The notes beneath the pieces are model-generated. The model searched no databases. It had not been told where the DNA came from and saw only the letters and a list, made by a program, of their open reading frames with translations. This document shows positions 10,829 to 22,229 of a stretch of 64,000 bases of DNA, piece after piece. Origin of the DNA: Kaistia sp. (GTDB lineage Bacteria; Pseudomonadota; Alphaproteobacteria; Rhizobiales; Kaistiaceae); NCBI GenBank assembly GCA_035555375.1, contig DATMGR010000032.1, positions 251,292 to 315,291 of the forward strand, read 5' to 3'. How positions within the stretch are numbered: the stretch's first letter is position 1; every line of letters begins with the position of its first letter. The position numbers were made by a program, and so were the translations under genes.

Positions 10829-11878
10829 TCAGAACGGCGGCGGCACAAGCCCATTGCGGGCGACGACCAGCACCTTGAACAGCGTCCCCATCGCGTCCGG
10901 CCCGGCCAGCCGCTCGGCGGCAGCGCGGATCGCCTGTTGCGCAGCGGTGTTCTTGCCGGCTCCCAGGCGCCCCGCCCGCTCGGCGAGGCCGAGGCGGATG
11001 AGAAAATCCCCCTGCGTCATCAGTGGAAACGCCGCGGCGCCCGCTGCACGCGCGGAGGCTGCCAGCGCGGCGAAATCGACATGCGCCGTCAGGTCCGCCG
11101 TTCCAGGTTCGTCGAGCGGTGCGACGAAAGCATGGCGGCGCATCGCCTGCAGCGTGTCGCCAAAGCCGCCGTCATGGCCGTAATCGATGGCGAGCACCGC
11201 GCCCCTCAGCGCCGCGATGCGTTCGGCGAGGTTCGCCATCACCGCAGTCGCCGGGCCGCCGGTCTCGACGACGGCGCCCTCCGGCGGATCGCCCATCACC
11301 CCTTCGATAACCGCACCCGGCCGCAAACCGAAGGCAAGCCTGTCATCGACGACGCCGACCATGCGCTCGGCATAACCGCCTGCAACGCGCACGAATTGCC
11401 GGATCGGCAGCGCGTCGAAAAACTCGTTGGCGATGACGATCGCCGGGCCCTCCGGCAGGTCCTCGGCGCGCGCGGCGAACGCGATCTCGTGCCCCACGAG
11501 CCGCGCACGCTGCATCGCCATGAGATGCGGGCTGGTCTCGACCAGCGCGATCCGCGCCGCAGCGAGAAAATCCGGCGAAAGCCGCGCCGCCCGGAGGGCA
11601 TCGGCCATGAGCGTGCCACGGCCGGGCCCGAACTCGGCGAGGACGAAGGCCCGTGGCTCACCCATGCGGCGCCAGGTCTCGACGGCCCATAGCCCGATCA
11701 ATTCGCCGAACATCTGGCTGATCTCGGGCGCCGTGATGAAATCACCGGATGCACCGAACGGATCGCGCCGCATGTAATAGCCATGTTCGGCATCGCCGAG
11801 GCACGCCGCCATATAGTCGGCGACAGTGATCGGTCCGGTCGCCAGGATGCGGGCGATGAGGCGCTGTTCGAGCGTCAC
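10829..11878 (-). CDS. SAM-dependent methyltransferase, MidA/NDUFAF7 family
   Basis: GYY, GDFITAPEISQMFGE, EFGPGRGTL, ANEFFDALP, DLTAHVDF, MGTLFKV. Confidence 0.92.
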   Translation of the reverse strand: MTLEQRLIARILATGPITVADYMAACLGDAEHGYYMRRDPFGASGDFITAPEISQMFGELIGLWAVETWRRMGEPRAFVLAEFGPGRGTLMADALRAARLSPDFLAAARIALVETSPHLMAMQRARLVGHEIAFAARAEDLPEGPAIVIANEFFDALPIRQFVRVAGGYAERMVGVVDDRLAFGLRPGAVIEGVMGDPPEGAVVETGGPATAVMANLAERIAALRGAVLAIDYGHDGGFGDTLQAMRRHAFVAPLDEPGTADLTAHVDFAALAASARAAGAAAFPLMTQGDFLIRLGLAERAGRLGAGKNTAAQQAIRAAAERLAGPDAMGTLFKVLVVARNGLVPPPF

Positions 11879-11887
11879 GACGCGGCC

Positions 11888-12718
11888 TCAGGCCGTCCTG
11901 GCATCGCGGCGGCGGACATAGACGAGCAGCGCGACGCCCGCCAGCACCATCGGCAACGACAGCAGCATGCCCATGGTGAGGCCGCCGGAGAAATAGCCGA
12001 TCTGGATGTCCGGCTCGCGGAAGAACTCGGAGACGATACGCGCGAGGCCGTAGCCGATCGCGAAGACCGCCGCGACATAGCCGGGTTGCCGGAGGCGCAA
12101 TTGCCGATGCGTCAGAAGGCGGAGGACCAGGAACAGCACGATGCCTTCGAGCGCCGCCTCGTAGAGCTGGCTCGGATGACGCGGCTGGCCATCGGCGTTC
12201 GGGAACACCATCGCCCAGGGCATGTCACTCGGCCGACCCCAAAGCTCGCCATTGATGAAGTTGGCGATGCGGCCAAGGCAGAGCCCGACGGTGACGCTGG
12301 GCGCGATGACATCGATCAGCGAGAGGAACGGGATCGCGCGGCGACGGGCAAACAGCACCATCGCGATGACGGTTCCGAGGAAGCCGCCATGGAACGACAT
12401 GCCGCCATGCCAGACTTCGAAGATCGTCAGCGGCGCGGCGAGAAAGGCTTCGAAATTATAGAACAGCACATAGCCGAGACGACCGCCGACAATGATGCCG
12501 ATCGTTGCCCACATCACGAAATCATCGAGATCGACCGGCCGGATCGGCGCACCGGACGCGCCCCACAGCCGCGGCTCCGATACGAGACGTTTCGCGTACC
12601 ACCAGCCGAACAGAATGCCGACGATATAGGCGAGCGCATACCAGCGGATGGCAAAAGGGCCGATCTCGATCAGCACCGGATCGATGGCCGGAAACGGCAG
12701 GACGTTGAGCATCGGCAT
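11888..12718 (-). CDS. lgt: Prolipoprotein diacylglyceryl transferase
   Basis: IRWYALAY, GGRLGYVLFY, GGMSFHGG, GRIANFINGELWGR, HPSQLYE. Confidence 0.97.
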   Translation of the reverse strand: MPMLNVLPFPAIDPVLIEIGPFAIRWYALAYIVGILFGWWYAKRLVSEPRLWGASGAPIRPVDLDDFVMWATIGIIVGGRLGYVLFYNFEAFLAAPLTIFEVWHGGMSFHGGFLGTVIAMVLFARRRAIPFLSLIDVIAPSVTVGLCLGRIANFINGELWGRPSDMPWAMVFPNADGQPRHPSQLYEAALEGIVLFLVLRLLTHRQLRLRQPGYVAAVFAIGYGLARIVSEFFREPDIQIGYFSGGLTMGMLLSLPMVLAGVALLVYVRRRDARTA

Positions 12719-12900
12719 CCTTGGAAAGCGAGGCGCGGCATTGGTGCGCCGAACCGCGCTTGCCGGTCAAGAGCGTGCCGGACAGGAGGCGTCGTTTCCC
12801 GCCAGCGCGGTCGCCGTCCCCCCGCGACGCTTCCGGCTCTTGTGAGCCGGTTGCGCCCTGCCCATAGTAAAGGTCACAGAAACGCCGCCGGAGGGTTGCC

Positions 12901-13200
12901 ATGGACCAGGGCTCGAACCGACTGTTCGATGAATTCGCCAAGCTGATGACCGACGCCGCCGGTGTCGCGCAGGGCGTCAAGCGCGAAGCCGAAACCGTGG
13001 TCCGCCATCAGGCCGAACGCTTCTTCTCGGAGATGGACTTCGTGAAGCGCGAGGAATTCGACGTCGTCCGCGAGATGGCCCAGAAGGCGCGGACGGAAAA
13101 CGAAGCGCTGGCCGCCCGCATTGCGGAACTCGAGGCGAAGCTCGCGCTCCATACCTCCGGCCACGTCGTCGCGACCCCGCCGACCCCCGAGCAGACCTGA
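12901..13200 (+). CDS. ubiK: UbiK/YqiC (BMFP) family coiled-coil accessory factor
   Basis: MDFVKREEFDVVREMAQKARTENEALAARIAELE; divergent from lgt. Confidence 0.85.
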   Translation: MDQGSNRLFDEFAKLMTDAAGVAQGVKREAETVVRHQAERFFSEMDFVKREEFDVVREMAQKARTENEALAARIAELEAKLALHTSGHVVATPPTPEQT

Positions 13201-13214
13201 GGCCGCGACGAGGC

Positions 13215-13691
13215 CTAAGCCTCGTCGTCGAACAGACGGGCGATATCGATCTCGGCCGGACGACCGGTCTCGAGCAGCGTCTTGAGGCCGGAGAGGATGA
13301 CCGGCCACACACGGCGCGCCGCCAGCATCCGGCGCCCTGACCCCGGCGCGGCATGGACCTCGCTGAAGGCGAGCCGGCACATGCCGCCGCACTCCGTGAT
13401 CTCGAATGAAATGACGGATGACGCCGCGTCCGGCCCCTCCCGCACCGGCGAGAGGCGGTAGCGGACGAGCCGTGGCGCATCGATTTCGGTGACGCGGCCG
13501 TTCGCTTCGATCCCGCCATCCGGCATGCGGTAGCAAAGCGCCGCGCCGGCGCCCCAGTCGCTCTCGATTCGCCGGCCGAAGAACCAGAGCCGCGAGACGG
13601 AGGCGTCCGTCAGCGCCGCCCAGATGCGCTCCGGCGCCGCCGCGATGTAAATCTCGTAGTCGATTTCGGCAGTGCCGCCGTCGCTCGCCAT
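13215..13691 (-). CDS. SRPBCC/AHSA1 domain protein
   Basis: IYIAAAPERIWAALTD, C-terminal WPVILSGLKTLLETG; start reset to ATG 13691. Confidence 0.85.
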   Translation of the reverse strand: MASDGGTAEIDYEIYIAAAPERIWAALTDASVSRLWFFGRRIESDWGAGAALCYRMPDGGIEANGRVTEIDAPRLVRYRLSPVREGPDAASSVISFEITECGGMCRLAFSEVHAAPGSGRRMLAARRVWPVILSGLKTLLETGRPAEIDIARLFDDEA

Positions 13692-13861
13692 CCCCGCCTC
13701 ACCCTCCGTTCGGCCGGATACACCCGTGACTGTCGCCAAAGCGCAACAGCACAACCAATTCACCTGCGACATCTTGCACTGCGACGAAGCCGGGCAGAAA
13801 CTCCGCCGCGTCAGGAAGCGCGCGATGTCAGCGCGCAGCAAACGCGAACCAGGAGGGCTGG

Positions 13862-13930
13862 ATGGATATTGTCTTTTCGATCATCCGGTCCGCGATGTGT
13901 TCGAGCCAGGGTCTCAACCTGACCCTCTGA
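13862..13930 (+). CDS. Putative 22-aa leader peptide MDIVFSIIRSAMCSSQGLNLTL
   Basis: AGGAGG at 13851-13856, 5 nt before the ATG; ends 182 nt upstream of the ABC exporter. Confidence 0.45.
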   Translation: MDIVFSIIRSAMCSSQGLNLTL

Positions 13931-14112
13931 CCAAGACGACCATATGACCCGGCCGGCAGGTGCCTCTTTGAGGCCCCGGCGGCGGCTCACTGCGTTTCCC
14001 CATCGCCAGGACCGGCTCGAACCGGCGCTCGACGCGCCGCATCGAGGCATTTCCCCATGTCGCTTCTTCGGCCGTTCGCCCGTTCCCGGCCGCGCCTTTC
14101 CCGGACGCCATC

Positions 14113-15942
<1,830 letters not shown>

Positions 15943-15947
15943 ACAGA

Positions 15948-15976
15948 ACGGCTCGCCGCACCAAGCGGCGAGCCGT
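15948..15976. terminator. Hairpin between convergent genes
   Basis: ACGGCTCGCCGC-accaa-GCGGCGAGCCGT, perfect 12-bp stem. Confidence 0.6.
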
Positions 15977-15979
15977 CCC

Positions 15980-16315
15980 CTAGATCACCGCCGGCCCGTA
16001 GGTCCCGATCTCGGCCACGATGCCATGTGCGGCGGTGAACGCGGCCCGGTCGACACCGTCGGCGGCCGCAGCGGCGGCAAGCACCTGATCGGCGGCATCG
16101 AGAGCCGCCTGGTCGGCCCAGGCGGCGATGGTGACATAGTTGAACCGGCCCGGCCCGCTCTGCTGCTCATAAGCGTGCTGCGCGATGAGGCCGGGCTGCT
16201 GCTGTACGAGCCCCTTCACGATGGCTGCGCGTTCGACAAACGCGGCGCGTGCAGCTTCGGGTACGGCGAGGCTGGCGATTCGATAGACCGGCGACGGCGA
16301 TAATAGGTCGGACAT
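15980..16315 (-). CDS. Antibiotic biosynthesis monooxygenase (ABM)-like small protein
   Basis: VPEAARAAFVER...QQPG...GRFNYVTIAAW; divergent from a MarR gene. Confidence 0.7.
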   Translation of the reverse strand: MSDLLSPSPVYRIASLAVPEAARAAFVERAAIVKGLVQQQPGLIAQHAYEQQSGPGRFNYVTIAAWADQAALDAADQVLAAAAAADGVDRAAFTAAHGIVAEIGTYGPAVI

Positions 16316-16352
16316 CACGTATCTCCTGCACGGTTGAAGTAGGCACGCATAT

Positions 16353-16392
16353 CATGTGCATGACTCATACATTTATATGCGCTACCCATATA
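16353..16392. promoter_or_regulatory. Tandem palindromic operators, probably for MarR
   Basis: TATATG-N7-CATATA (16374-16392) and CATGTG-N7-CATACA (16353-16371), 21 bp apart, in an AT-rich divergent spacer. Confidence 0.6.
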
Positions 16393-16438
16393 CTCGTCAA
16401 CCGATGGCAGGTTGCTCGCTTCGTGCTAGATCGAGTTG

Positions 16439-16942
16439 ATGACCGCGCCTGAACGCCCCGACCCCGAAGACGACACGCCCGAGTCGGCCCGCATTGCCGC
16501 GGTCGCCGAAATCGATGCGGCGCTCGGCAGGCTGCGCCGCTCGATGGCGCGCCGTTCGCTCGGCCGGCGCGTCCTCGACGAGCTCGCCCTCGCAATCGAA
16601 CCGGCCGTCGTCGAAGTCGTCGAGATCATCGCCGAATCCGACGTGACCGAATCGGCGGGGGTGGCGATCGGCACCGTGGCTGCGCGTCTCGACGTCGACC
16701 CGTCACAAGCGAGCCGGCTCGTCGCCGAATGCGTTCGCGCCGGCCTCGTCGAACGCCTCGCCTCGCAGGACGATGGGCGACGCAGCGTCCTGAAACTCAC
16801 GCCCGCCGGCCGCGACATGATCGGCGCGACACGGCGCCAGAAGCGCGCGCTGTTGCTCGGCCATGTCGCCGACTGGAGCGATGACGAGCTCGCCGGCTTT
16901 GCACGGTCCCTGTCCCGGTTCGCGACGCTCGCGCGCGGCTGA
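16439..16942 (+). CDS. MarR family transcriptional regulator
   Basis: wHTH IGTVAARLDVDPSQASRLV, DGRRSVLKLTPAG. Confidence 0.88.
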   Translation: MTAPERPDPEDDTPESARIAAVAEIDAALGRLRRSMARRSLGRRVLDELALAIEPAVVEVVEIIAESDVTESAGVAIGTVAARLDVDPSQASRLVAECVRAGLVERLASQDDGRRSVLKLTPAGRDMIGATRRQKRALLLGHVADWSDDELAGFARSLSRFATLARG

Positions 16943-17001
16943 ACATGTCGCAGCCCTGATTGCGGCATGACTGCCGCATTGCTGCCGCGACAATGTGCGC
17001 A
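16935..17001. promoter_or_regulatory. Candidate RegA/PrrA/RegR-type boxes upstream of petABC
   Basis: GCGGC-N7-GTCGC (16935-16951), TGCGGC-N6-GCCGCA (16961-16978), then GCGAC-aatgt-GCGCA. Confidence 0.5.
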
Positions 17002-17176
17002 TCGCCGCTGCCGTCTCTGGACATTGAAGGCCGGCGATGGCTAAACAGCTTCACGTGTCATGGGCGTGCTGACCGCGCCCCGGCCGTGTCTGTTCGGCTG
17101 CGCGTGCAGCCCAGGCCTGGCGCCGCAAGGCGAAGGGGAACGGACTGCGGCCTTAGGGATCGAGAGGGGATTTATC

Positions 17177-17737
17177 TTGGCACACAGCGCTGCGGCAGAG
17201 CCGACCCGACGCGACTTTCTCTACATCGCGACCGGCGCAGTCGGCGCGGTCGGCCTTGCGGCGACCGTCTGGCCGTTCATCAACCAGATGAATCCGGATG
17301 CGTCCGCGCTCGCGCTCGCTTCATCCGAAGTCGACATCTCCTCCCTGAAGGAAGGCGAGTCGGTCACTGTGAAGTGGCGCGGCAAGCCGGTCGTCGTGCG
17401 CAACCGCACGGCCAAGGAGATCGAGGATGCCAAGGCGGCGCAGCTTTCCGACCTCAAGGATCCGGTTGCCCGCAACGCGAACCTGCCCGACGATGCCCCC
17501 GCGACCGACGCCAATCGCGCCGCAACGGGCAAGGAAAACTGGTTCGTGATGGTCAATGTCTGCACCCATCTCGGCTGCATTCCGCTCGGCCAGGAGGGTG
17601 AGTACAATGGCTGGTTCTGCCCCTGCCATGGTTCGGTCTACGACACCGCGGGACGCATCCGCAAAGGACCGGCGCCCGAAAACATGGCCATTCCGGTCTA
17701 TTCATTCATGACCGACACCAAGATCAAGATCGGCTGA
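17177..17737 (+). CDS. petA: Ubiquinol-cytochrome c reductase Rieske subunit (probable TTG start)
   Basis: Tat motif TRRDFL; CTHLGC and CPCHGS; purine-rich SD GAGAGGGGA before TTG 17177. Confidence 0.97.
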   Translation: MAHSAAAEPTRRDFLYIATGAVGAVGLAATVWPFINQMNPDASALALASSEVDISSLKEGESVTVKWRGKPVVVRNRTAKEIEDAKAAQLSDLKDPVARNANLPDDAPATDANRAATGKENWFVMVNVCTHLGCIPLGQEGEYNGWFCPCHGSVYDTAGRIRKGPAPENMAIPVYSFMTDTKIKIG

Positions 17738-17755
17738 CGGGAGCACCACGCAACC

Positions 17756-19024
17756 ATGTCCGGACCTTCGACCTATCAGCCGCAGCACCCCGCCTTGAAG
17801 TGGCTCGAGGCGCGCCTGCCCATTATCGGGCTGGTGCACTCGTCCTTCATCGTGTTCCCGAACCCGCGCAATCTGAATTACTTCTGGACCTTCGGCGGCA
17901 TCCTCGCCTTCATGCTGGTCGCCCAGATCGCGACCGGCGTCGTGCTGGCGATGCATTACACCGCCCATGTCACGCTGGCCTTCAATTCGGTTGAAGGCAT
18001 CATGCGCGACGTCAACAGCGGCTGGATGCTCCGCTACCTGCACGCCAATGGCGCGTCGATGTTCTTTATCGCCGTGTATATCCACATCTTCCGTGGCCTT
18101 TATTACGGCTCCTACAAGTCGCCCCGTGAGGTCCTTTGGATCCTCGGCATGATCATCTTCCTGCTGATGATGGCGACCGGCTTCATGGGCTACGTGCTTC
18201 CCTGGGGACAGATGTCCTTCTGGGGCGCCACCGTGATCACCAACCTGTTCGGCGCCATTCCGCTGGTCGGCGGCTCGATCGTGACCTGGCTCTGGGGCGG
18301 CTTCTCGGTCGATAATCCGACGCTGAACCGCTTCTTCGCCCTGCACTACCTGCTGCCCTTCATGATCGCCGGCGTCGTCGTGCTGCATATCTGGGCGCTG
18401 CACATTCCGGGCTCCAACAACCCGACGGGCGTCTCGGTCAAGGACAAGCAGGATACTCTGCCCTTCCACCCGTATTTCACGGTGAAGGACGCGCTCGGCC
18501 TCGTCGTCTTCCTGATCTTCTACAGCTACTTCGTGTTCTATCTGCCGAACTACATGGGCCACGCCGACAACTATATCGAGGCGAACCCGCTCGTGACGCC
18601 GGCGCATATCGTTCCGGAATGGTACTTCCTGCCGTTCTACGCGATCCTGCGCTCGATCCCGGACAAGCTGGCTGGCGTTATCGCGATGTTCGGCGCCATT
18701 GCCGTGCTGTTCGTGGTGCCCTGGCTGGATACGTCCAAAGTTCGCTCGGCCAATTTCCGCCCGCTCTACCGCCAGTTCTTCTGGATCTGGGCGGTGGCGG
18801 CGGTCGGCCTCGGCTATATCGGCGCCATGCCTCCGGAAGGCGGCTATCTGATCGCCGGTCGCATTCTGACGGTCTATTACTTCGCCCATTTCCTGATCAT
18901 CCTGCCGCTGCTCGGCCTCTTCGAGAAGCCGAAGCCGCTGCCGGTCTCGATCACGGAATCGGTTCTCGGTCATGGCGGTGCGGCCGTTACGGCCGGCGCG
19001 CCCTCCGCGCCGCAGACCAAGTGA
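17756..19024 (+). CDS. petB: Cytochrome b
   Basis: [31 protein letters not shown]. Confidence 0.98.
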   Translation: MSGPSTYQPQHPALKWLEARLPIIGLVHSSFIVFPNPRNLNYFWTFGGILAFMLVAQIATGVVLAMHYTAHVTLAFNSVEGIMRDVNSGWMLRYLHANGASMFFIAVYIHIFRGLYYGSYKSPREVLWILGMIIFLLMMATGFMGYVLPWGQMSFWGATVITNLFGAIPLVGGSIVTWLWGGFSVDNPTLNRFFALHYLLPFMIAGVVVLHIWALHIPGSNNPTGVSVKDKQDTLPFHPYFTVKDALGLVVFLIFYSYFVFYLPNYMGHADNYIEANPLVTPAHIVPEWYFLPFYAILRSIPDKLAGVIAMFGAIAVLFVVPWLDTSKVRSANFRPLYRQFFWIWAVAAVGLGYIGAMPPEGGYLIAGRILTVYYFAHFLIILPLLGLFEKPKPLPVSITESVLGHGGAAVTAGAPSAPQTK

Positions 19025-19046
19025 GCGTGGGACAGGAAACGGATCG

Positions 19047-19937
19047 ATGACGATGAAAACCTTGTCCACGAAGCTCGCCGGCCTCGGCCTCGGCGTGATG
19101 CTCGCAGTGTCGGCGCTCGGCGCCGGCGCGGCCATCGCATCCGAAGAAGGCGGCGAGAGCGCGCAGCCGACGCATTTCCCGATCCTGAAGCCGACGCTGG
19201 AGCCCTGGTCCTTTGCCGGCCTCTTCGGAAGCTACGACACCGCGCAGCTCCAGCGCGGCTATCAGGTCTACAAGGAAGTCTGCTCGAGCTGCCACTCGAT
19301 GCATCTGCTCTCCTTCCGCAATCTGGCGCAGCCGGGCGGCCCGAGCTTCACCGAAGCGCAGGCCCGCACCGTCGCGGCGAGCTATCAGGTGCAGGACGGC
19401 CCGAACGACGCGGGCGACATGTTCGAGCGCCCGGGCCGGCTGTCCGATCGCTTCCCTTCCCCCTTCCCCAATCCACAGGCCGCCGCCGCCGCCAACAATG
19501 GCAAGGCGCCGCCGGACCTGTCGCTGATGGCCAAGGCCCGCGCCGTCGAGCGCGGCTTCCCGTGGTTCATCCTCGATCTGTTCACGCAGTATGAGGAAGG
19601 TGGCCCGGACTACATCCACAGCCTGCTGACCGGCTACAAGGAGCCGCCGGCTGGCCTGCAGATCCCGCCGGGCCTGCACTACAATCCGCATTTCATCAGC
19701 GGACCGGCGATCGCCATGCCGCCGCCGCTCTCGGACGGCCAGGTGACCTATACCGACGGTTCGCCGCAGACGGTCGACCAATATTCGCGCGACGTCGCGG
19801 CCTTCCTGATGTGGGGCGCCGAACCGCATCTCGACGCGCGCAAGCGCGCCGGCTTCCAGGTCATCATCTTCCTGGTCGTCTTCGCGGGGCTGCTCTACTA
19901 CACGAAGAAGAAGATCTGGTCGAAGGTCGCTCACTAA
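19047..19937 (+). CDS. petC: Cytochrome c1
   Basis: Signal peptide, heme motif CSSCH, PPDLS, AMPPPL, C-terminal TM anchor. Confidence 0.97.
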   Translation: MTMKTLSTKLAGLGLGVMLAVSALGAGAAIASEEGGESAQPTHFPILKPTLEPWSFAGLFGSYDTAQLQRGYQVYKEVCSSCHSMHLLSFRNLAQPGGPSFTEAQARTVAASYQVQDGPNDAGDMFERPGRLSDRFPSPFPNPQAAAAANNGKAPPDLSLMAKARAVERGFPWFILDLFTQYEEGGPDYIHSLLTGYKEPPAGLQIPPGLHYNPHFISGPAIAMPPPLSDGQVTYTDGSPQTVDQYSRDVAAFLMWGAEPHLDARKRAGFQVIIFLVVFAGLLYYTKKKIWSKVAH

Positions 19938-19964
19938 GGCTGGCACGCTCCTTGGCTCTGCAAG

Positions 19965-20007
19965 GCGCCGCGGCTCTTCCGAAAGGAACGAGCCGCGGCG
20001 CTTTTTT
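19965..20007 (+). terminator. Intrinsic terminator of petABC
   Basis: GCGCCGCGGCTCTTCC-GAAA-GGAA(C)GAGCCGCGGCGC followed by TTTTTT. Confidence 0.88.
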
Positions 20008-20096
20008 GTGTTTGAGGCCAAACTCCGGTGGGCAGGCGCGAATCGACGCGGTCGTCGGCGGGCTCGCACGACGCGCGGCGTCGACCGACTGGCGCG

Positions 20097-21323
20097 TTAC
20101 TGCTGAGCCGCGATCATCGATTGCAGGCGCCGCCGCAGCGCGGTCTCGTCCGGGCGAAAATCCTCGGCGAGCCACCAGCGCTCGATATCGCGAAGGATGA
20201 CACCAACTGCCGGCCCGCGTCCGACACCGAGATCGACAACATCGCGGCCCCCAAGCGGAAAGACCGGCGGCGTGAACGCCGCGACGGCGTCCCGCCGTGC
20301 AGCGATCTCGGCTGCGGCGAGCCTGTTGCGCGCGGCCAGGAGAGTCAGCCCGCCAAGCACAGCCTCACGCCCGCGCCGATAGACCGCGACGCGGTCGCCG
20401 ATGATCGTGCCATGCGCAAGCTGCTCCGCCGCGGCCAGCGCATCGGTCATCCGGTCGCGCTCGCGATTGGAAAGGCGGAAGCGGCGGACGGTCCGGTCTA
20501 CATCTTCCTGCACGCGAACGAGCAGCACCGTGAAGCGGAGGCTCGCATCACCGGGCGCGGCGGCGTCGTCCACCAGCCGCTCGAAGCCGCCGAGATCACC
20601 GACACCGGCCGCCACCAGCGGCAGGATGCCGCCCTCCTGCATCGCGCGCAGCGTCGGTGCGGCGCCGGCCGCCATCACCAGCTTGCGCATTTCCTGCCCC
20701 ACGCGTTCCGCGGAAAGCCCGCCGAGATCGTGACGCGCGCGGATCGCGGCGGAAAGGCCTTCGGCATCCGGCGCGCCGGATCCATACGCAGCGTGGAAAC
20801 GGAAGAAGCGCAGCACCCGCAGCCGGTCCTCGGCGATGCGCTGGTCGGCGGCGCCGATGAAGCGCACCCGCCGCGCGGCGATGTCGGCGAGACCGCCGAC
20901 GGTGTCGTAGAGATGGCCCGCGGCATCGACCGAGAGCGCGTTGATCGTGAAATCACGCCGGGCCGCATCCGCCGCCCAATCGGTCCCGAAGCGCACAACG
21001 GCGTGACGGCCGTCGGTCTCGATATCCTCGCGCAGGGTCGTCACCTCGACGACGCGGTGGCGGCCGATCAGCGTGACCGTGCCGTGCTCGATGCCGGTCG
21101 GCGCGGACTGCATGCCGGCGGCAGCCGCCCGGGCGAGGACCTCGTCAGGCACCAAAGTGGTCGCGATGTCGATATCGCCGGTGACCGGCTGGCCCATCAG
21201 TTCGTTGCGCACGGCGCCGCCGATGACGCGCGCCTCGCCGCCATCGGCGGAGAGAAGGCGCAGTACGTCGACGACCAGCGGATCGGACAGGAACGAAGCG
21301 CCAGCGAGGGAGGTTTCGGTCAT
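20097..21323 (-). CDS. cca: CCA tRNA nucleotidyltransferase
   Basis: GGAVRN, DIDIAT, RRDFTINAL, EDRLRVLRFFRF. Confidence 0.9.
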   Translation of the reverse strand: MTETSLAGASFLSDPLVVDVLRLLSADGGEARVIGGAVRNELMGQPVTGDIDIATTLVPDEVLARAAAAGMQSAPTGIEHGTVTLIGRHRVVEVTTLREDIETDGRHAVVRFGTDWAADAARRDFTINALSVDAAGHLYDTVGGLADIAARRVRFIGAADQRIAEDRLRVLRFFRFHAAYGSGAPDAEGLSAAIRARHDLGGLSAERVGQEMRKLVMAAGAAPTLRAMQEGGILPLVAAGVGDLGGFERLVDDAAAPGDASLRFTVLLVRVQEDVDRTVRRFRLSNRERDRMTDALAAAEQLAHGTIIGDRVAVYRRGREAVLGGLTLLAARNRLAAAEIAARRDAVAAFTPPVFPLGGRDVVDLGVGRGPAVGVILRDIERWWLAEDFRPDETALRRRLQSMIAAQQ

Positions 21324-21333
21324 TCGGAATCAG

Positions 21334-21597
21334 TTACTCGAAATTGCCGGGGATGAGGCGGCCATTCTCGATCCGGGCGGGATGATAGACACGGCCGGCA
21401 TCGCCACCGGAAAACGAGACCAGCACGGCGATCGCAACCAGCATGGCCAGGGCCCCGACGCCGGCGAGGCGCAGCAGGACGATATTCGGCCAGCTCTCAC
21501 TGCCAGGCGCCGCGCCATGGCGCACGAAGCGCCACAGCCCATAAGCCAGGAAGGGCAGCAGGAAGCAGAGAATCGTGAAGCCGAGGAAACGCAGCAT
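21334..21597 (-). CDS. Small membrane protein (DUF6111-like)
   Basis: Two TM helices; C-terminal YHPARIENGRLIPG; in the nudL-cca operon. Confidence 0.75.
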   Translation of the reverse strand: MLRFLGFTILCFLLPFLAYGLWRFVRHGAAPGSESWPNIVLLRLAGVGALAMLVAIAVLVSFSGGDAGRVYHPARIENGRLIPGNFE

Positions 21598-21599
21598 GG

Positions 21600-22229
21600 T
21601 CAGGCGAACACTCGCTCATAGAGCCCGCGGATGATCCCGGCGGTGATGCCCCAGATATAGTGTTCGTCATAGGGCATCTCGTAGAAGAAATGACGTGCAC
21701 CATCCCATTCGCGGCTGCCGCGCCGATGATTCTCGGGCGTCATCAGGAATGCGAGCGGCACTTCGAAGGCCGCCTCGACCTCATCGGGGTTCAATCTCAG
21801 CTGCAGACCCGGGTCGACGCGGGCAACGACGGGCGTGATGTGATAGCCGGTCGGCGCGATATAGGGATCGAGACGGCCGAGCGGTTCGACGAGCCTTGGA
21901 TCGAGCCCCACCTCCTCCTCGGCCTCACGCATCGCCGCCTCTGCCACCCCGGCGTCGTCTGGATCGATCTGCCCGCCGGGAAACGAGATCTGGCCGGCAT
22001 GCTTGCGCAGGCGCGTCGTCCGCTGCGTCATCAGCACGGTCGGCGTTTCGCGCGCCACGATCGGGATGAGCACCGCCGCCGCCTTGGGGCGGAAGCCATG
22101 CGGCGGATGGAATTCGGGATTGAGGACGCGTTCCGCAACGCCGCTGCCGCCGATCGGAATCAGCAGCCGCTGCGCCCGCGCAAACACGCGGTCGGGCCGG
22201 AAACGATCATCTTCCACCATGACGGTCAT
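21600..22229 (-). CDS. nudL: CoA pyrophosphatase (Nudix, NudL/YeaB type)
   Basis: AAVLIP, TQRTTRLRKHAGQISFPGG, Nudix box REAEEEVGL, IWGITAGI. Confidence 0.88.
   Translation of the reverse strand: MTVMVEDDRFRPDRVFARAQRLLIPIGGSGVAERVLNPEFHPPHGFRPKAAAVLIPIVARETPTVLMTQRTTRLRKHAGQISFPGGQIDPDDAGVAEAAMREAEEEVGLDPRLVEPLGRLDPYIAPTGYHITPVVARVDPGLQLRLNPDEVEAAFEVPLAFLMTPENHRRGSREWDGARHFFYEMPYDEHYIWGITAGIIRGLYERVFA

Noticed and set aside
6694-11692. Very long plus-strand ORFs (6694..9348, 884 aa; 9107..11692, 861 aa)
   Set aside because: Antisense shadows of pth/rplY/prs and lipoprotein/pgeF/midA. They have no motifs, and long stop-free antisense frames are expected with GC-biased codon usage.
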